From a virus (Duplodnaviria > Caudoviricetes), in the IMG/VR virus record IMGVR_UViG_2654587547_000001, positions 23,156 to 87,155 of that record: a stretch of DNA of 64,000 bases; one strand, given 5' to 3'. The translations under genes were made by a program, and so were the position numbers. The notes below the pieces were generated by a model. It did no database searches and was not told the origin of the DNA. It saw only the letters and a program-made list of their open reading frames with translations. This document shows positions 56,369-64,000 of the stretch, one piece after another (the first letter of the stretch is position 1; each line of letters opens with the position of its first letter).

Positions 56369-57551
56369 TTACAGTTTCATCGCAAATCGCGGCGTCATCG
56401 TTGCGGACACGGCCACGACGCGCGCGCAGGTGGAGGCCGAATTCCGGGCCGTCTTCGGCGACGATATGCCTACCGACCCGGCGACGCCGCAAGGCATGCT
56501 GATCACCCGCATCGTTGAGGAGCGCGACGCGATCGCGCGGAACAATGCCGAGCTGGCCAACCAGATCAATCCGGCGCTCGCCGGCGGCGTGTTCCTCGAC
56601 TCGCTCATGGCGCTGACGGGCGGCCGGCGGCGCAGCAGCGTCCGATCGTTGATTGTGGGCGCCGTCCTGGGCGGCGTTCCCGGTACCAATGTCCCCGCCG
56701 GCTCGATCGCGGAGACTGCACTGGGCGAGCAGTTCGAGCTGGTGACGACAGTCGTGCTGAACTCGGCCGGCGCTGCAACGGGCAATCTGCGCGCGCTGCA
56801 GGACGGGGAAATTGTCGTCCCGCCGGGCGGCCTGGATACGGTGGCCTCCAGCGTCCTGGGGTGGGAGACGATCACCAACCCGGCCGCGGCGATCCCAGGC
56901 CAGCTGGAAGAGAACGACGTCCTCTTGCGCCGGCGACGCGCGCAGACCCTGGCGCTGCAGACGACATCGATCAACGAGGCGATCGTTTCACGGCTGTATG
57001 ACATCGAGGCCGTTCGCTCCTGCTACTACCTGGAGAACTACGCCGACATCGACCAGGTAATCGACGGCATCCCCATGCGCAAGCACAGCATCTGGGCGTG
57101 CGTGGAGGGCGGCACCGATCAGGACGTCGCTCAGGCGCTATTCGAGACCAAGACCGTCGGCGGCGGGTACAACGGGGCGGTCGTGGTCAACGTGCCGGAT
57201 CCGGTGAACGGCCGGCTGTACGAAGTGAAGTTCGACCGGCCGGAGGAGATTGCGCTCCTCATCCGCGTCACGGTCAAGGCGAGTTCGCTGGACGTCCAGC
57301 AGCTGGTCCCGGACCTGATCATGAACTACGTCGATGGGGACATCGAAGGAGACGTCAGTTTCGTGATCGGCAGCGACGTTTCGACGTTTGAGCTCGCCAG
57401 CGCCATAAACCAGCAGGAGCCGACGATCTTCGTCAAGAAGGTTGAACTGTCGGTGGTCGGCTCCGGAACCTGGTCGGCTGACACGATGGAGATCGCACCC
57501 AACCAGATCGCGCGCACCCAGCGCAGTTCAATCCAGGTGGTGATCGCATGA
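56361..57551 (+). CDS. Baseplate J-like protein
   Basis: TPQG.LI, A.G.FLD, G...E.D..LR.RR, HSI...VEGG. Confidence 0.88.
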   Translation: MADYSFIANRGVIVADTATTRAQVEAEFRAVFGDDMPTDPATPQGMLITRIVEERDAIARNNAELANQINPALAGGVFLDSLMALTGGRRRSSVRSLIVGAVLGGVPGTNVPAGSIAETALGEQFELVTTVVLNSAGAATGNLRALQDGEIVVPPGGLDTVASSVLGWETITNPAAAIPGQLEENDVLLRRRRAQTLALQTTSINEAIVSRLYDIEAVRSCYYLENYADIDQVIDGIPMRKHSIWACVEGGTDQDVAQALFETKTVGGGYNGAVVVNVPDPVNGRLYEVKFDRPEEIALLIRVTVKASSLDVQQLVPDLIMNYVDGDIEGDVSFVIGSDVSTFELASAINQQEPTIFVKKVELSVVGSGTWSADTMEIAPNQIARTQRSSIQVVIA

Positions 57552-58198
57552 GCGGGACCCAGCAATTCGACTTCTCGGTCGATCTGATGCGGTCGATCCT
57601 TTGGCAGTACGAAGGCGCCCCGCGCGCTGTTGCGCTGGCGCGGAACGACCAGGCGTGGATCGACGCCCACCAATCCGAGTTTTGGCGCAACTGGCACCGA
57701 GACGTTTTCGACCTGGATACGGCCAACGAATTCGGGCTCTCGGTCTGGGCTCGGATCCTCGGCGTGTCGCTGGAGATCGGTGCACCGCGGCGCGTTGAAG
57801 GCGTGTTCGGGTTTGGCGTCAACAACGCCAATTTTGAGAACGGAAACTACGGCCGCGCCAGCGACGGCCAGGTGAGCCTAGACATCGAATCGGCGCGCAA
57901 GCTGCTGAAGCTGCGCTGGTTTCAGCTGACGATGCGGCCGACCGCCCCGAACATTAACCGCGCGCTGGAAAGCGTCTTTGGGGCGGGGAAGGCCTCCGTG
58001 TTCGACAACTACGACATGACGACAGTCACGTTCCTGTTTTCTAGCACGCCCGACTACAGGCTGCGGCGCCTGCTGGAAAAGACCGACATTCTGCCCCGGC
58101 CTTCGACGGTCGGCATCAAGTGGGCCGTGCAGGTGCGCCCCTCGTGGGGCTTCGGCCCGAACCACCTCAATTTCGAAAACGGAAACTTTGGAGCGTAA
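57548..58198 (+). CDS. Baseplate wedge protein (DUF2612-like)
   Basis: WQY, FDLDTA..FGL.VW.RI, LPRP..V. Confidence 0.82.
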   Translation: MSGTQQFDFSVDLMRSILWQYEGAPRAVALARNDQAWIDAHQSEFWRNWHRDVFDLDTANEFGLSVWARILGVSLEIGAPRRVEGVFGFGVNNANFENGNYGRASDGQVSLDIESARKLLKLRWFQLTMRPTAPNINRALESVFGAGKASVFDNYDMTTVTFLFSSTPDYRLRRLLEKTDILPRPSTVGIKWAVQVRPSWGFGPNHLNFENGNFGA

Positions 58199-59212
58199 AT
58201 GGCTACCAGGATCTACAAGACGCCGTTCGCGGCGACGGGCGACAAAGAGGCTCTGGCCGCTGCGGACCAACCCGATGGAAAGGTGTCGCTGCAAGCAGGC
58301 TGGACGCCCGATTACGAACTGCCCAACGACAACGCCAACTATCGCCCGGTGGGCCGGTCCGAGATGAACGGCATTCTCAATGAAGTCACCGAAAGTCTCG
58401 GCGAGATTCAGTTGAACGGCTTCGCCAAATGGCAGGAGGTTGACGGCGGATGGCCTTTGGGCGCTTCTGCATTTCACAATGGTGTGGTTTACCAATCGAC
58501 GTCAGACAACAACACAAGCACTCCAGGTGAAGTGGGAGCTAACTGGGTCAAGTCTCAGGCAGGAAGGCTGCTGAATGTCCGTCTATTTTCAACCCCCGGC
58601 AGTTCTACTTACACGCCCACGACGGGAACGAAAGCCGTCCGCGTGCGGGTCGTCGGCGGCGGCGGCGGTGGTGGCGGTATCTCGGGGGCCGCAGCTGGCG
58701 CTTGGACGGCAGCATCCGGTGGCGCGGCTGGCGCTTATTGCGAATCTTTCCTTACGTCGTCGTTTGCGGGCCAAACCGTCACTGTTGGTAATGGTGGCGC
58801 TGGCGCTCCCGCTGGCGCAAACGAAGGATCAGCCGGTGGCACATCTTCTTTCGGAGCCATCATGTCCGCAACAGGCGGAGGAGGTGGCCTGGGGAATGCA
58901 GCTAGCACGGGTGTAACTTCAATTGGTGGCGGGGCAGGGGGAGATGCTACGGGCGGCCAAATAAATGCCAGAGGAAACGGAGGTGGGACGGCAATTGTTA
59001 CGGCCTCAAGCAACTATCAATCCGGTATCGGTGCGGGTTCTGTTTTTGGTGGCGGCGCGAACTCTCGTCGTTCTGGAAACCAAGGCGCTGGAATTAATGG
59101 TGTCGGACCCGGTTCTGGCGGTTCCGGTGCAGCGGCCGGTTCGGGGCTTGCCGGCAACTTCGCGGGCGGCTCTGGCGCGGTAGGCATCGTAATTATCGAG
59201 GAATACAGCTGA
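58199..59212 (+). CDS. Tail fibre protein with Gly-rich C-terminal domain
   Basis: PFA.TGD...VS...GW..DY N-terminus; VVGGGGGGG...GSGA.GIVIIEEY. Confidence 0.82.
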   Translation: MATRIYKTPFAATGDKEALAAADQPDGKVSLQAGWTPDYELPNDNANYRPVGRSEMNGILNEVTESLGEIQLNGFAKWQEVDGGWPLGASAFHNGVVYQSTSDNNTSTPGEVGANWVKSQAGRLLNVRLFSTPGSSTYTPTTGTKAVRVRVVGGGGGGGGISGAAAGAWTAASGGAAGAYCESFLTSSFAGQTVTVGNGGAGAPAGANEGSAGGTSSFGAIMSATGGGGGLGNAASTGVTSIGGGAGGDATGGQINARGNGGGTAIVTASSNYQSGIGAGSVFGGGANSRRSGNQGAGINGVGPGSGGSGAAAGSGLAGNFAGGSGAVGIVIIEEYS

Positions 59213-59679
59213 TGAAAACTTACGCTCGAATTTACAACGGCGCCGTCGCTGAACTGTTCGAAACGCGTGGCGACATTGCGGAAATGTTTCACCCTTCGCT
59301 TGTGTGGGTTGAGGCGCCACAAGGCGTTGAAATTGGATACCTGTACGATGAAGGTGTTTTCTCGGCGCCCGAAACGGCGTTGACGGCCGCCGAAATCGAG
59401 GCGCGGAAGGTGGCGCTTGTTCAATCGTTCATGGACGCGGCGGCGCGCTCCTTGCGTTATGACTCCATCGCAAATGCCATCACCTACGCCGACGAACCGG
59501 CGGTGCCGAAGTTCCAATCAGAAGGGCAGGCGTTCCGCGCGTGGCGCAGCCTGGTGTGGGCGCGCTGTTACGAGATCCTCGCCGATGTCGAGGCTGGCGA
59601 GCGCGACGTTCCGTCTGACGGCGAACTTATAGACCAGTTGCCGCGATTGCAATTGCCAGGAAGCGGCGCTGGGAATTAG
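59212..59679 (+). CDS. Tail fibre assembly / chaperone protein
   Basis: MKTYARI..G.V.E; D.AA....YD.I..A.TY....F..EG.AF.AWRS.VW. Confidence 0.72.
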   Translation: MKTYARIYNGAVAELFETRGDIAEMFHPSLVWVEAPQGVEIGYLYDEGVFSAPETALTAAEIEARKVALVQSFMDAAARSLRYDSIANAITYADEPAVPKFQSEGQAFRAWRSLVWARCYEILADVEAGERDVPSDGELIDQLPRLQLPGSGAGN

Positions 59680-59700
59680 GAGCGGCAGCGGTAATGGTGG

Positions 59701-61614
59701 CTAGTCAAGCGGTATCGACTTCGCCACCACCTTCGCCCCGTCGGTGGTTAGGTGCCCGTCATCCCAAGTGGTAAAGCTCGTCGGGCTATCGTTCGTCCTA
59801 ACAAGGCAGCCGTCGTTGTTGCATAAGCTGTCGAAGGCAGAAACATAGGTGATTCTTTCGGCTTTCGCGATTTTGCGAAAGGTCGAATCAATACTCCGGA
59901 TCATCGGGCTTAGGGGTGTTTGGAGGCGGGTCGGAGCTTCTTGCGAAATGGCCCCACTTTTCCAGGTCTTCAGTACCAGGCTGGGCAAATTCTCGGGCCA
60001 ACGTGGCGCGGGGCCAACAAGTATCACGTTTTTCACACCCGCAGCTTTGACTGAGCGAATTGTCAGAATCAAGGCATCTCGTTCGTCTGACTGCTTTTCC
60101 CAGTCTTTGGTGTATTGATCCCAGACAGCGAACATCAAGACCGTGGCGTTCGGATGTTGTTTGATCAATGACAGGGTGAATGCGTTACCGGCCTTGCAGG
60201 TGTCGTATTGGCTATCCAGCATGGGAGGACAACTATTGCGGGTCGTCTGGGCGATTGAATATCGGTCGCCCAAGGTTGCCAATACCCCGGGGTAGAGCCG
60301 GGCAGCAAACGAATCACCCCAAACAATCAGCGATTTCCCGCCTGATCGATCCAGGTTCTCGAAGCACTCTGGAGCAAATGCGGAGCCGGATGCCTTGGCA
60401 TTCAGCCAGCATATGGATCCTCTTGCATCGCCTTTGAATTGGTAGTTATAGGTGGCTACCGCCTGCATCGCTTCGGGCAGACGCGAAGGGACCCCCTGAC
60501 TGGCGACGGCCTGAGCGCCCAGCGCGCCTGCAATAACGAGCGTGCCCCCCAGCGCTGGTATGGCGATCCGCGGCCGCATGGACATACGCAAGGGTTTTTC
60601 AATGAAATGGTAGGTGAGAGCAGCAAGAGGGACGCTCGCCAATGCCAGTGCGATCCTTGTCCCCTGTTGTAGGTCTGGATCCAGTAGCTTCCCGAACGAA
60701 ATAAGCGGCCAGTGCCAGAGGTAGAGCGGGTAGCTGATCAGACCGATGTAGACGAGAACACGGTTGCCGAGAATGCTCCGTCCCAGCGTAGATCGATTGG
60801 CGGTAGCCAGAAGAAGCACCGCTCCGGAAACGGGGATTAGCGCCCACCATCCCGGGAATGCGCGATGGCTATCGAGAAGCACTGCGGCGCCCACGATAAG
60901 GACCAGGCCGAGCGCCGTTGCCAAATTGCTGATGGCGCCAGACATGCGATGCAGGATTGTGTCGGGACGCAGCATCAGGTAGGCAATGGCTGCGCCAGAG
61001 AGAAGTTCCCAGAATCGAGTGTGTGGCAAGAAGAAAACCTCAACCGGGTGCCCTTGAATGCGCCCGACGTTGAGCAGAAACGAAATTATCGCGATGGCCG
61101 CTATCGTCGGGAGACATTTGTTCTTTCTGAAAGCGAACAACAAGATAGCCGGATAGATCAGGTAGAACTGCTCTTCGATTCCCAACGACCATAGGTGCAT
61201 CAGCGGCTTCAGTTCCGAGGCCGTATTGAAGTAGCCGTCCTGCTGCCACAGTACGAAGTTCTGAAGGAAAGTTGCTCCTCCGATTATCTGAATGCCAAGC
61301 TGACTAAATTCCTGTGGCATCAGAAGTATCCAGCCAGCAGCATATGTCGCAACCAGCACTGTCACCAGCGCGGGTAGCAGTCTCCGGGTCCGGGATAAGT
61401 AAAACCCCGCAAAGCTGAACGTGCCTTGATGAAGCTTCCGGAAGATTATGGAAGAAATCAAGAAGCCGGATATGACGAAGAAAACGTCCACGCCAACGAA
61501 GCCGCCGGTAAATAGGTCGGGTAGCGCGTGGTAAATGACGACGGAAATTATCGCGACAGCTCTAAGGCCATCTATGTCTGGTCGATAAGAAATCCCGTGG
61601 CTGGCGTTTTTCAT
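59701..61614 (-). CDS. Acyltransferase_3 plus SGNH O-acyltransferase (OafA-like moron)
   Basis: YRPDIDGLRAVA, GVDVFFVISGFLI, HLWSLGIEEQFY, ISYPLYLWHWP, then GDS and DDGH SGNH motifs; lower GC. Confidence 0.93.
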   Translation of the reverse strand: MKNASHGISYRPDIDGLRAVAIISVVIYHALPDLFTGGFVGVDVFFVISGFLISSIIFRKLHQGTFSFAGFYLSRTRRLLPALVTVLVATYAAGWILLMPQEFSQLGIQIIGGATFLQNFVLWQQDGYFNTASELKPLMHLWSLGIEEQFYLIYPAILLFAFRKNKCLPTIAAIAIISFLLNVGRIQGHPVEVFFLPHTRFWELLSGAAIAYLMLRPDTILHRMSGAISNLATALGLVLIVGAAVLLDSHRAFPGWWALIPVSGAVLLLATANRSTLGRSILGNRVLVYIGLISYPLYLWHWPLISFGKLLDPDLQQGTRIALALASVPLAALTYHFIEKPLRMSMRPRIAIPALGGTLVIAGALGAQAVASQGVPSRLPEAMQAVATYNYQFKGDARGSICWLNAKASGSAFAPECFENLDRSGGKSLIVWGDSFAARLYPGVLATLGDRYSIAQTTRNSCPPMLDSQYDTCKAGNAFTLSLIKQHPNATVLMFAVWDQYTKDWEKQSDERDALILTIRSVKAAGVKNVILVGPAPRWPENLPSLVLKTWKSGAISQEAPTRLQTPLSPMIRSIDSTFRKIAKAERITYVSAFDSLCNNDGCLVRTNDSPTSFTTWDDGHLTTDGAKVVAKSIPLD

Positions 61615-61670
61615 TCAAGTCATCCGGTGGTTGCGGCAGCATCATACGACACGATAAGAGGTTACATATC

Positions 61671-61692
61671 GCCCGCTTCGGCGGGCTTTTTT
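61671..61692 (+). terminator. Terminator upstream of lysis cassette
   Basis: GCCCGC-TTCG-GCGGGC-TTTTTT. Confidence 0.88.
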
Positions 61693-62020
61693 ACGTCTAT
61701 AGGGGACGCGATGTTGTCGCTTCAAAGGAAAGGCCATGGCTGACGAACATCTGTCCGACGCCTTCATCAAGTCACTGCACGCGCGTGTCGTGCAAATGGA
61801 GCAAGACATGGCCCATAACGCGGAAGCCACCGCGCGGAACACGTCATCAATTGAGACGATTCGACAGAACACGCAGGACATTGTGGACACCTTCCAAGCT
61901 TTGGCGGGTGGCTTCAAGGTCCTCCAGGGGCTGGGGCGAGTCGCCAAGCCACTGGCGTACATCGTGGGCCTAGGGACGGCAATCATCACTGCATATTCTG
62001 CATGGCGAGGGATCAAATGA
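61680..62020 (+). repeat. Direct repeat copy 2 (holin gene plus leader), paired with 17074-17414
   Basis: Near-identical to copy 1. Confidence 0.95.
61736..62020 (+). CDS. Putative holin
   Basis: 88/94 aa identical to 17130-17414; ATGA overlap with endolysin. Confidence 0.7.
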   Translation: MADEHLSDAFIKSLHARVVQMEQDMAHNAEATARNTSSIETIRQNTQDIVDTFQALAGGFKVLQGLGRVAKPLAYIVGLGTAIITAYSAWRGIK

Positions 62021-62511
62021 TCGCAGAAGGATTGAAGCGGAAATTGCTGGCGGCTTCCGGCGCTGGCGCGCTCGCTATCGCGGGTGTGCTGGTCTCTTAC
62101 TTCGAGCCGGGCAAAATTCGGGGCAAGCCGTACATCGACCCGGTGGGCGTGCTCACGGTGTGCGACGGGCACACAGGCTCGGACATCGACCCGAAGCGGG
62201 TCTATACCGACGCCGAGTGCGATGCGTGGCGAGACGCCGATCTGGCCATTGCTGACCGGGCGGTGCGCCGTCTGATCACCGTGCCGCTGAATGACTGGCA
62301 ACGCGCGGCCCTGATCGACTTCACCTACAACCTGGGGGCCAGCAACCTGGCCGAGTCGACCATGCGCCGCAAGTTCAATGCGGGCGATTACGCGGGTGGC
62401 TGTGCCGAATTGGACCGCTGGGTGAAAGGGCGGGTGGGCGGTGTGCTGGTGACGCTGCCGGGGCTCGTTACGCGCAGGGAGGTGGACACGTGGATCTGTC
62501 TACAGCACTGA
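62017..62511 (+). CDS. SAR-type endolysin (GH24 lysozyme)
   Basis: Ala/Gly anchor; FE...PYIDPVGVLTVCDGHTG; FTYNLG; LPGLVTRR. Confidence 0.9.
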   Translation: MIAEGLKRKLLAASGAGALAIAGVLVSYFEPGKIRGKPYIDPVGVLTVCDGHTGSDIDPKRVYTDAECDAWRDADLAIADRAVRRLITVPLNDWQRAALIDFTYNLGASNLAESTMRRKFNAGDYAGGCAELDRWVKGRVGGVLVTLPGLVTRREVDTWICLQH

Positions 62512-62996
62512 TCGGATGGAAGGGGTACGCCGCGGCTCTGGTGGTGGGCGCCATCGTGGCGGGTGGCGCGGCCTGGAAGGTGCAGAGCTGGCGTTACGGC
62601 GCCGAGATATCCGCAATGAAGGCCGATCAGTCGGCCGTCGTCGCCGAGTCACAGCGCCAGGCACGCGAGATTCTTGAGCGGCGCGTGGCCAAAGTCGGCC
62701 AGATCAACGAACGGAATGCCAAGGCCGAATGGGCCGCTTATGGAGGGATGCGCAATGCGCAAGTACAGGACGACGGCCTGCGGGCTGATGTTGATTCTGG
62801 GCGCCAGCGGCTGCACGTCGCTGCCACCTGCCCCGCCGCCGGCGGTGGAGTGCCCAAAGCCGGAGCCGGCGCCCGCGTGGGTGATGGAGCCCGCGCCGAA
62901 CTTGATCCCGCTGCTCGATCGGATTATTTCGCCCTCCGGGCTGGGATCCGGCGAGTGACGGCGCAGCTTGAGGCGTGTCAGGCGCGCTTACCCTAG
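62490..62996 (+). CDS. Rz: Inner-membrane spanin
   Basis: TM segment, LRADV.SG..RL.V.A.C, DYFALR..I....QL. Confidence 0.85.
   Translation: MDLSTALIGWKGYAAALVVGAIVAGGAAWKVQSWRYGAEISAMKADQSAVVAESQRQAREILERRVAKVGQINERNAKAEWAAYGGMRNAQVQDDGLRADVDSGRQRLHVAATCPAAGGGVPKAGAGARVGDGARAELDPAARSDYFALRAGIRRVTAQLEACQARLP
62755..62958 (+). CDS. Rz1: Outer-membrane spanin lipoprotein, embedded in Rz
   Basis: GGAGG RBS, lipobox GASG-C, CP.PEPAPAWVM. Confidence 0.82.
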   Translation: MRKYRTTACGLMLILGASGCTSLPPAPPPAVECPKPEPAPAWVMEPAPNLIPLLDRIISPSGLGSGE

Positions 62997-63286
62997 CGCG
63001 GCGCCATGCCCTTGCGAAGCTTGTCCGGTGTTTCCATCAGATCCCGCACGTCCTGGTCGCGCTCGATCACACAGGGCTCTGCGCGCAGCGCTTCCATGAA
63101 TTCGTCGTACAGGTCACCGGTGACCCCGGCGGGGCGCTTGAAGTCGTCCGATAGCTGGTAGGCGCGCAGCAGGCTGGCGCGTAAGCGCTTGACCTCCCAC
63201 AGCAGGGCGATCACATCGGTGTTCCATGGCTGCCGCTCACGGATGGCGCGCAGGTCGTTGTGGGAGAGGGGCGGTTTGAACGGCAT
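62993..63286 (-). CDS. Hypothetical protein, probably SOS-regulated
   Basis: 97 aa; DV.ALLWEVKRLR; LexA box 11 nt upstream. Confidence 0.72.
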   Translation of the reverse strand: MPFKPPLSHNDLRAIRERQPWNTDVIALLWEVKRLRASLLRAYQLSDDFKRPAGVTGDLYDEFMEALRAEPCVIERDQDVRDLMETPDKLRKGMAPR

Positions 63287-63297
63287 GGCTGAAAACA

Positions 63298-63313
63298 CTG
63301 GTTGAGCATCCAG
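63298..63313 (-). promoter_or_regulatory. LexA (SOS) box
   Basis: TA-CTGGATGCTCAACCAG-T on minus strand, overlapping a TATACT -10. Confidence 0.78.
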
Positions 63314-63334
63314 TATATTCCAGCGATATCGGGG

Positions 63335-64000
63335 TCACTTCATCGGGGTCGCGACGAGGTTAACGGGGGGGAACGGCACCAGGAAGTCCCGGCTGTCGGC
63401 TGCTGGTGCAGTGAGCCAGTCGCCATAGGCGCCTTCGGGCAGGATGACGACCATCCGCTTTTCCTTCCCCGCCTGGTGGTAGTCCCGGAATAGCGGATCC
63501 TCGTCCGCATTGATGGTCAGCATGGTGTAGCTCTCTTGCCACTGGCCGGCCGCGTCCCGGTACCGATCCCAGAGGCCGGCAATGCCGAGCGGTCCACCAT
63601 CGGCCCGCGTGAAGCGAGTGGGCACCGCTTTCCCCGAGCGCCAATCAGGTTCAAAGATCGCATCCGCTGGGATGACGCAGTGCTGCGCACGGCGCCAGGC
63701 GTTGCGGAACGTGAAGGCGTTGGCCACGCGGTCGTCGCGGGCATTGAACGTGGATAGCTTCTCAGCGGCGGCTAGGCCGTCCGGGCCGGTTGAACCTGAG
63801 ATAAGACCCCATCGGCCAAGCGTCACTTCCCGGTCGGGTACCGCTTCGTCGCCCGCGTCATGCTCCATCGGCCGGCGCACGAACACGCCCTGGTAGCGCG
63901 GCCACATGTCGTACTTTCCGATCTCGGCTGTCTTGTCGCGCACGCCAAACTTCTTGAGCAGTAGCTCGGCGTCCTTCAGGGTCTGGTAGTGGCTGCACAT
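63335..64000 (-). CDS. SOS response-associated peptidase (SRAP/HMCES family)
   Basis: N-terminal MC, RWGL, FNAR, C.IPA....E, AGLW, T.LT.NA, R..VIL. Confidence 0.92.
   Translation of the reverse strand: MCSHYQTLKDAELLLKKFGVRDKTAEIGKYDMWPRYQGVFVRRPMEHDAGDEAVPDREVTLGRWGLISGSTGPDGLAAAEKLSTFNARDDRVANAFTFRNAWRRAQHCVIPADAIFEPDWRSGKAVPTRFTRADGGPLGIAGLWDRYRDAAGQWQESYTMLTINADEDPLFRDYHQAGKEKRMVVILPEGAYGDWLTAPAADSRDFLVPFPPVNLVATPMK

Larger units (their letters stand above)
19181..64000. mobile_element. Prophage 2: temperate myovirus, lambdoid early region with contractile-tail late region; right att outside window
   Basis: Integrase near att core, cI/cro, replication, terminase, portal, capsid, sheath, baseplate, lysis; no obvious disabling frameshifts. 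Confidence 0.93.

Noticed and set aside
58650-59180. GGC/GGT tandem repeats as a VNTR
   Set aside because: Explained by the glycine-rich tail-fibre domain; codons vary

Overview
GC-rich betaproteobacterial DNA (Achromobacter/Bordetella-like, inferred from gene content) filled by two tandem prophages that meet at a 47-bp 3' fragment of a CAT-anticodon tRNA (att core, 19181-19227). Prophage 1 (1-19227, left part outside the window) is the late region of a BPP-1-like podovirus: capsid end, cement, tail tubular and ejection proteins, a beta-helix tailspike and a SAR-endolysin lysis cassette. It carries an antisense secreted D-glucuronyl C5-epimerase-like gene next to the tailspike. Prophage 2 (19181 to beyond 64000) is an apparently intact temperate myovirus: DUF4145 cargo, integrase/excisionase, early-left operon (methyltransferase, PAPS-reductase-like, repeat-linked modular proteins, exonuclease/SSB/ERF), cI/cro switch with five ATCTTAG-N4-CTAAGAT operators, replication and Q region, head, contractile tail, an antisense acyltransferase_3-SGNH gene, lysis cassette and SRAP peptidase. 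Main leads: surface-glycan-modifying cargo beside the receptor-binding gene in both phages, a near-identical holin repeat that could loop out a 44.6-kb chimeric phage, LexA boxes on small terminal genes of both phages, a gene built from 16-bp repeat-delimited modules, and a structured ~400-nt non-coding region upstream of terS. Family names come from motif recognition, not database searches.
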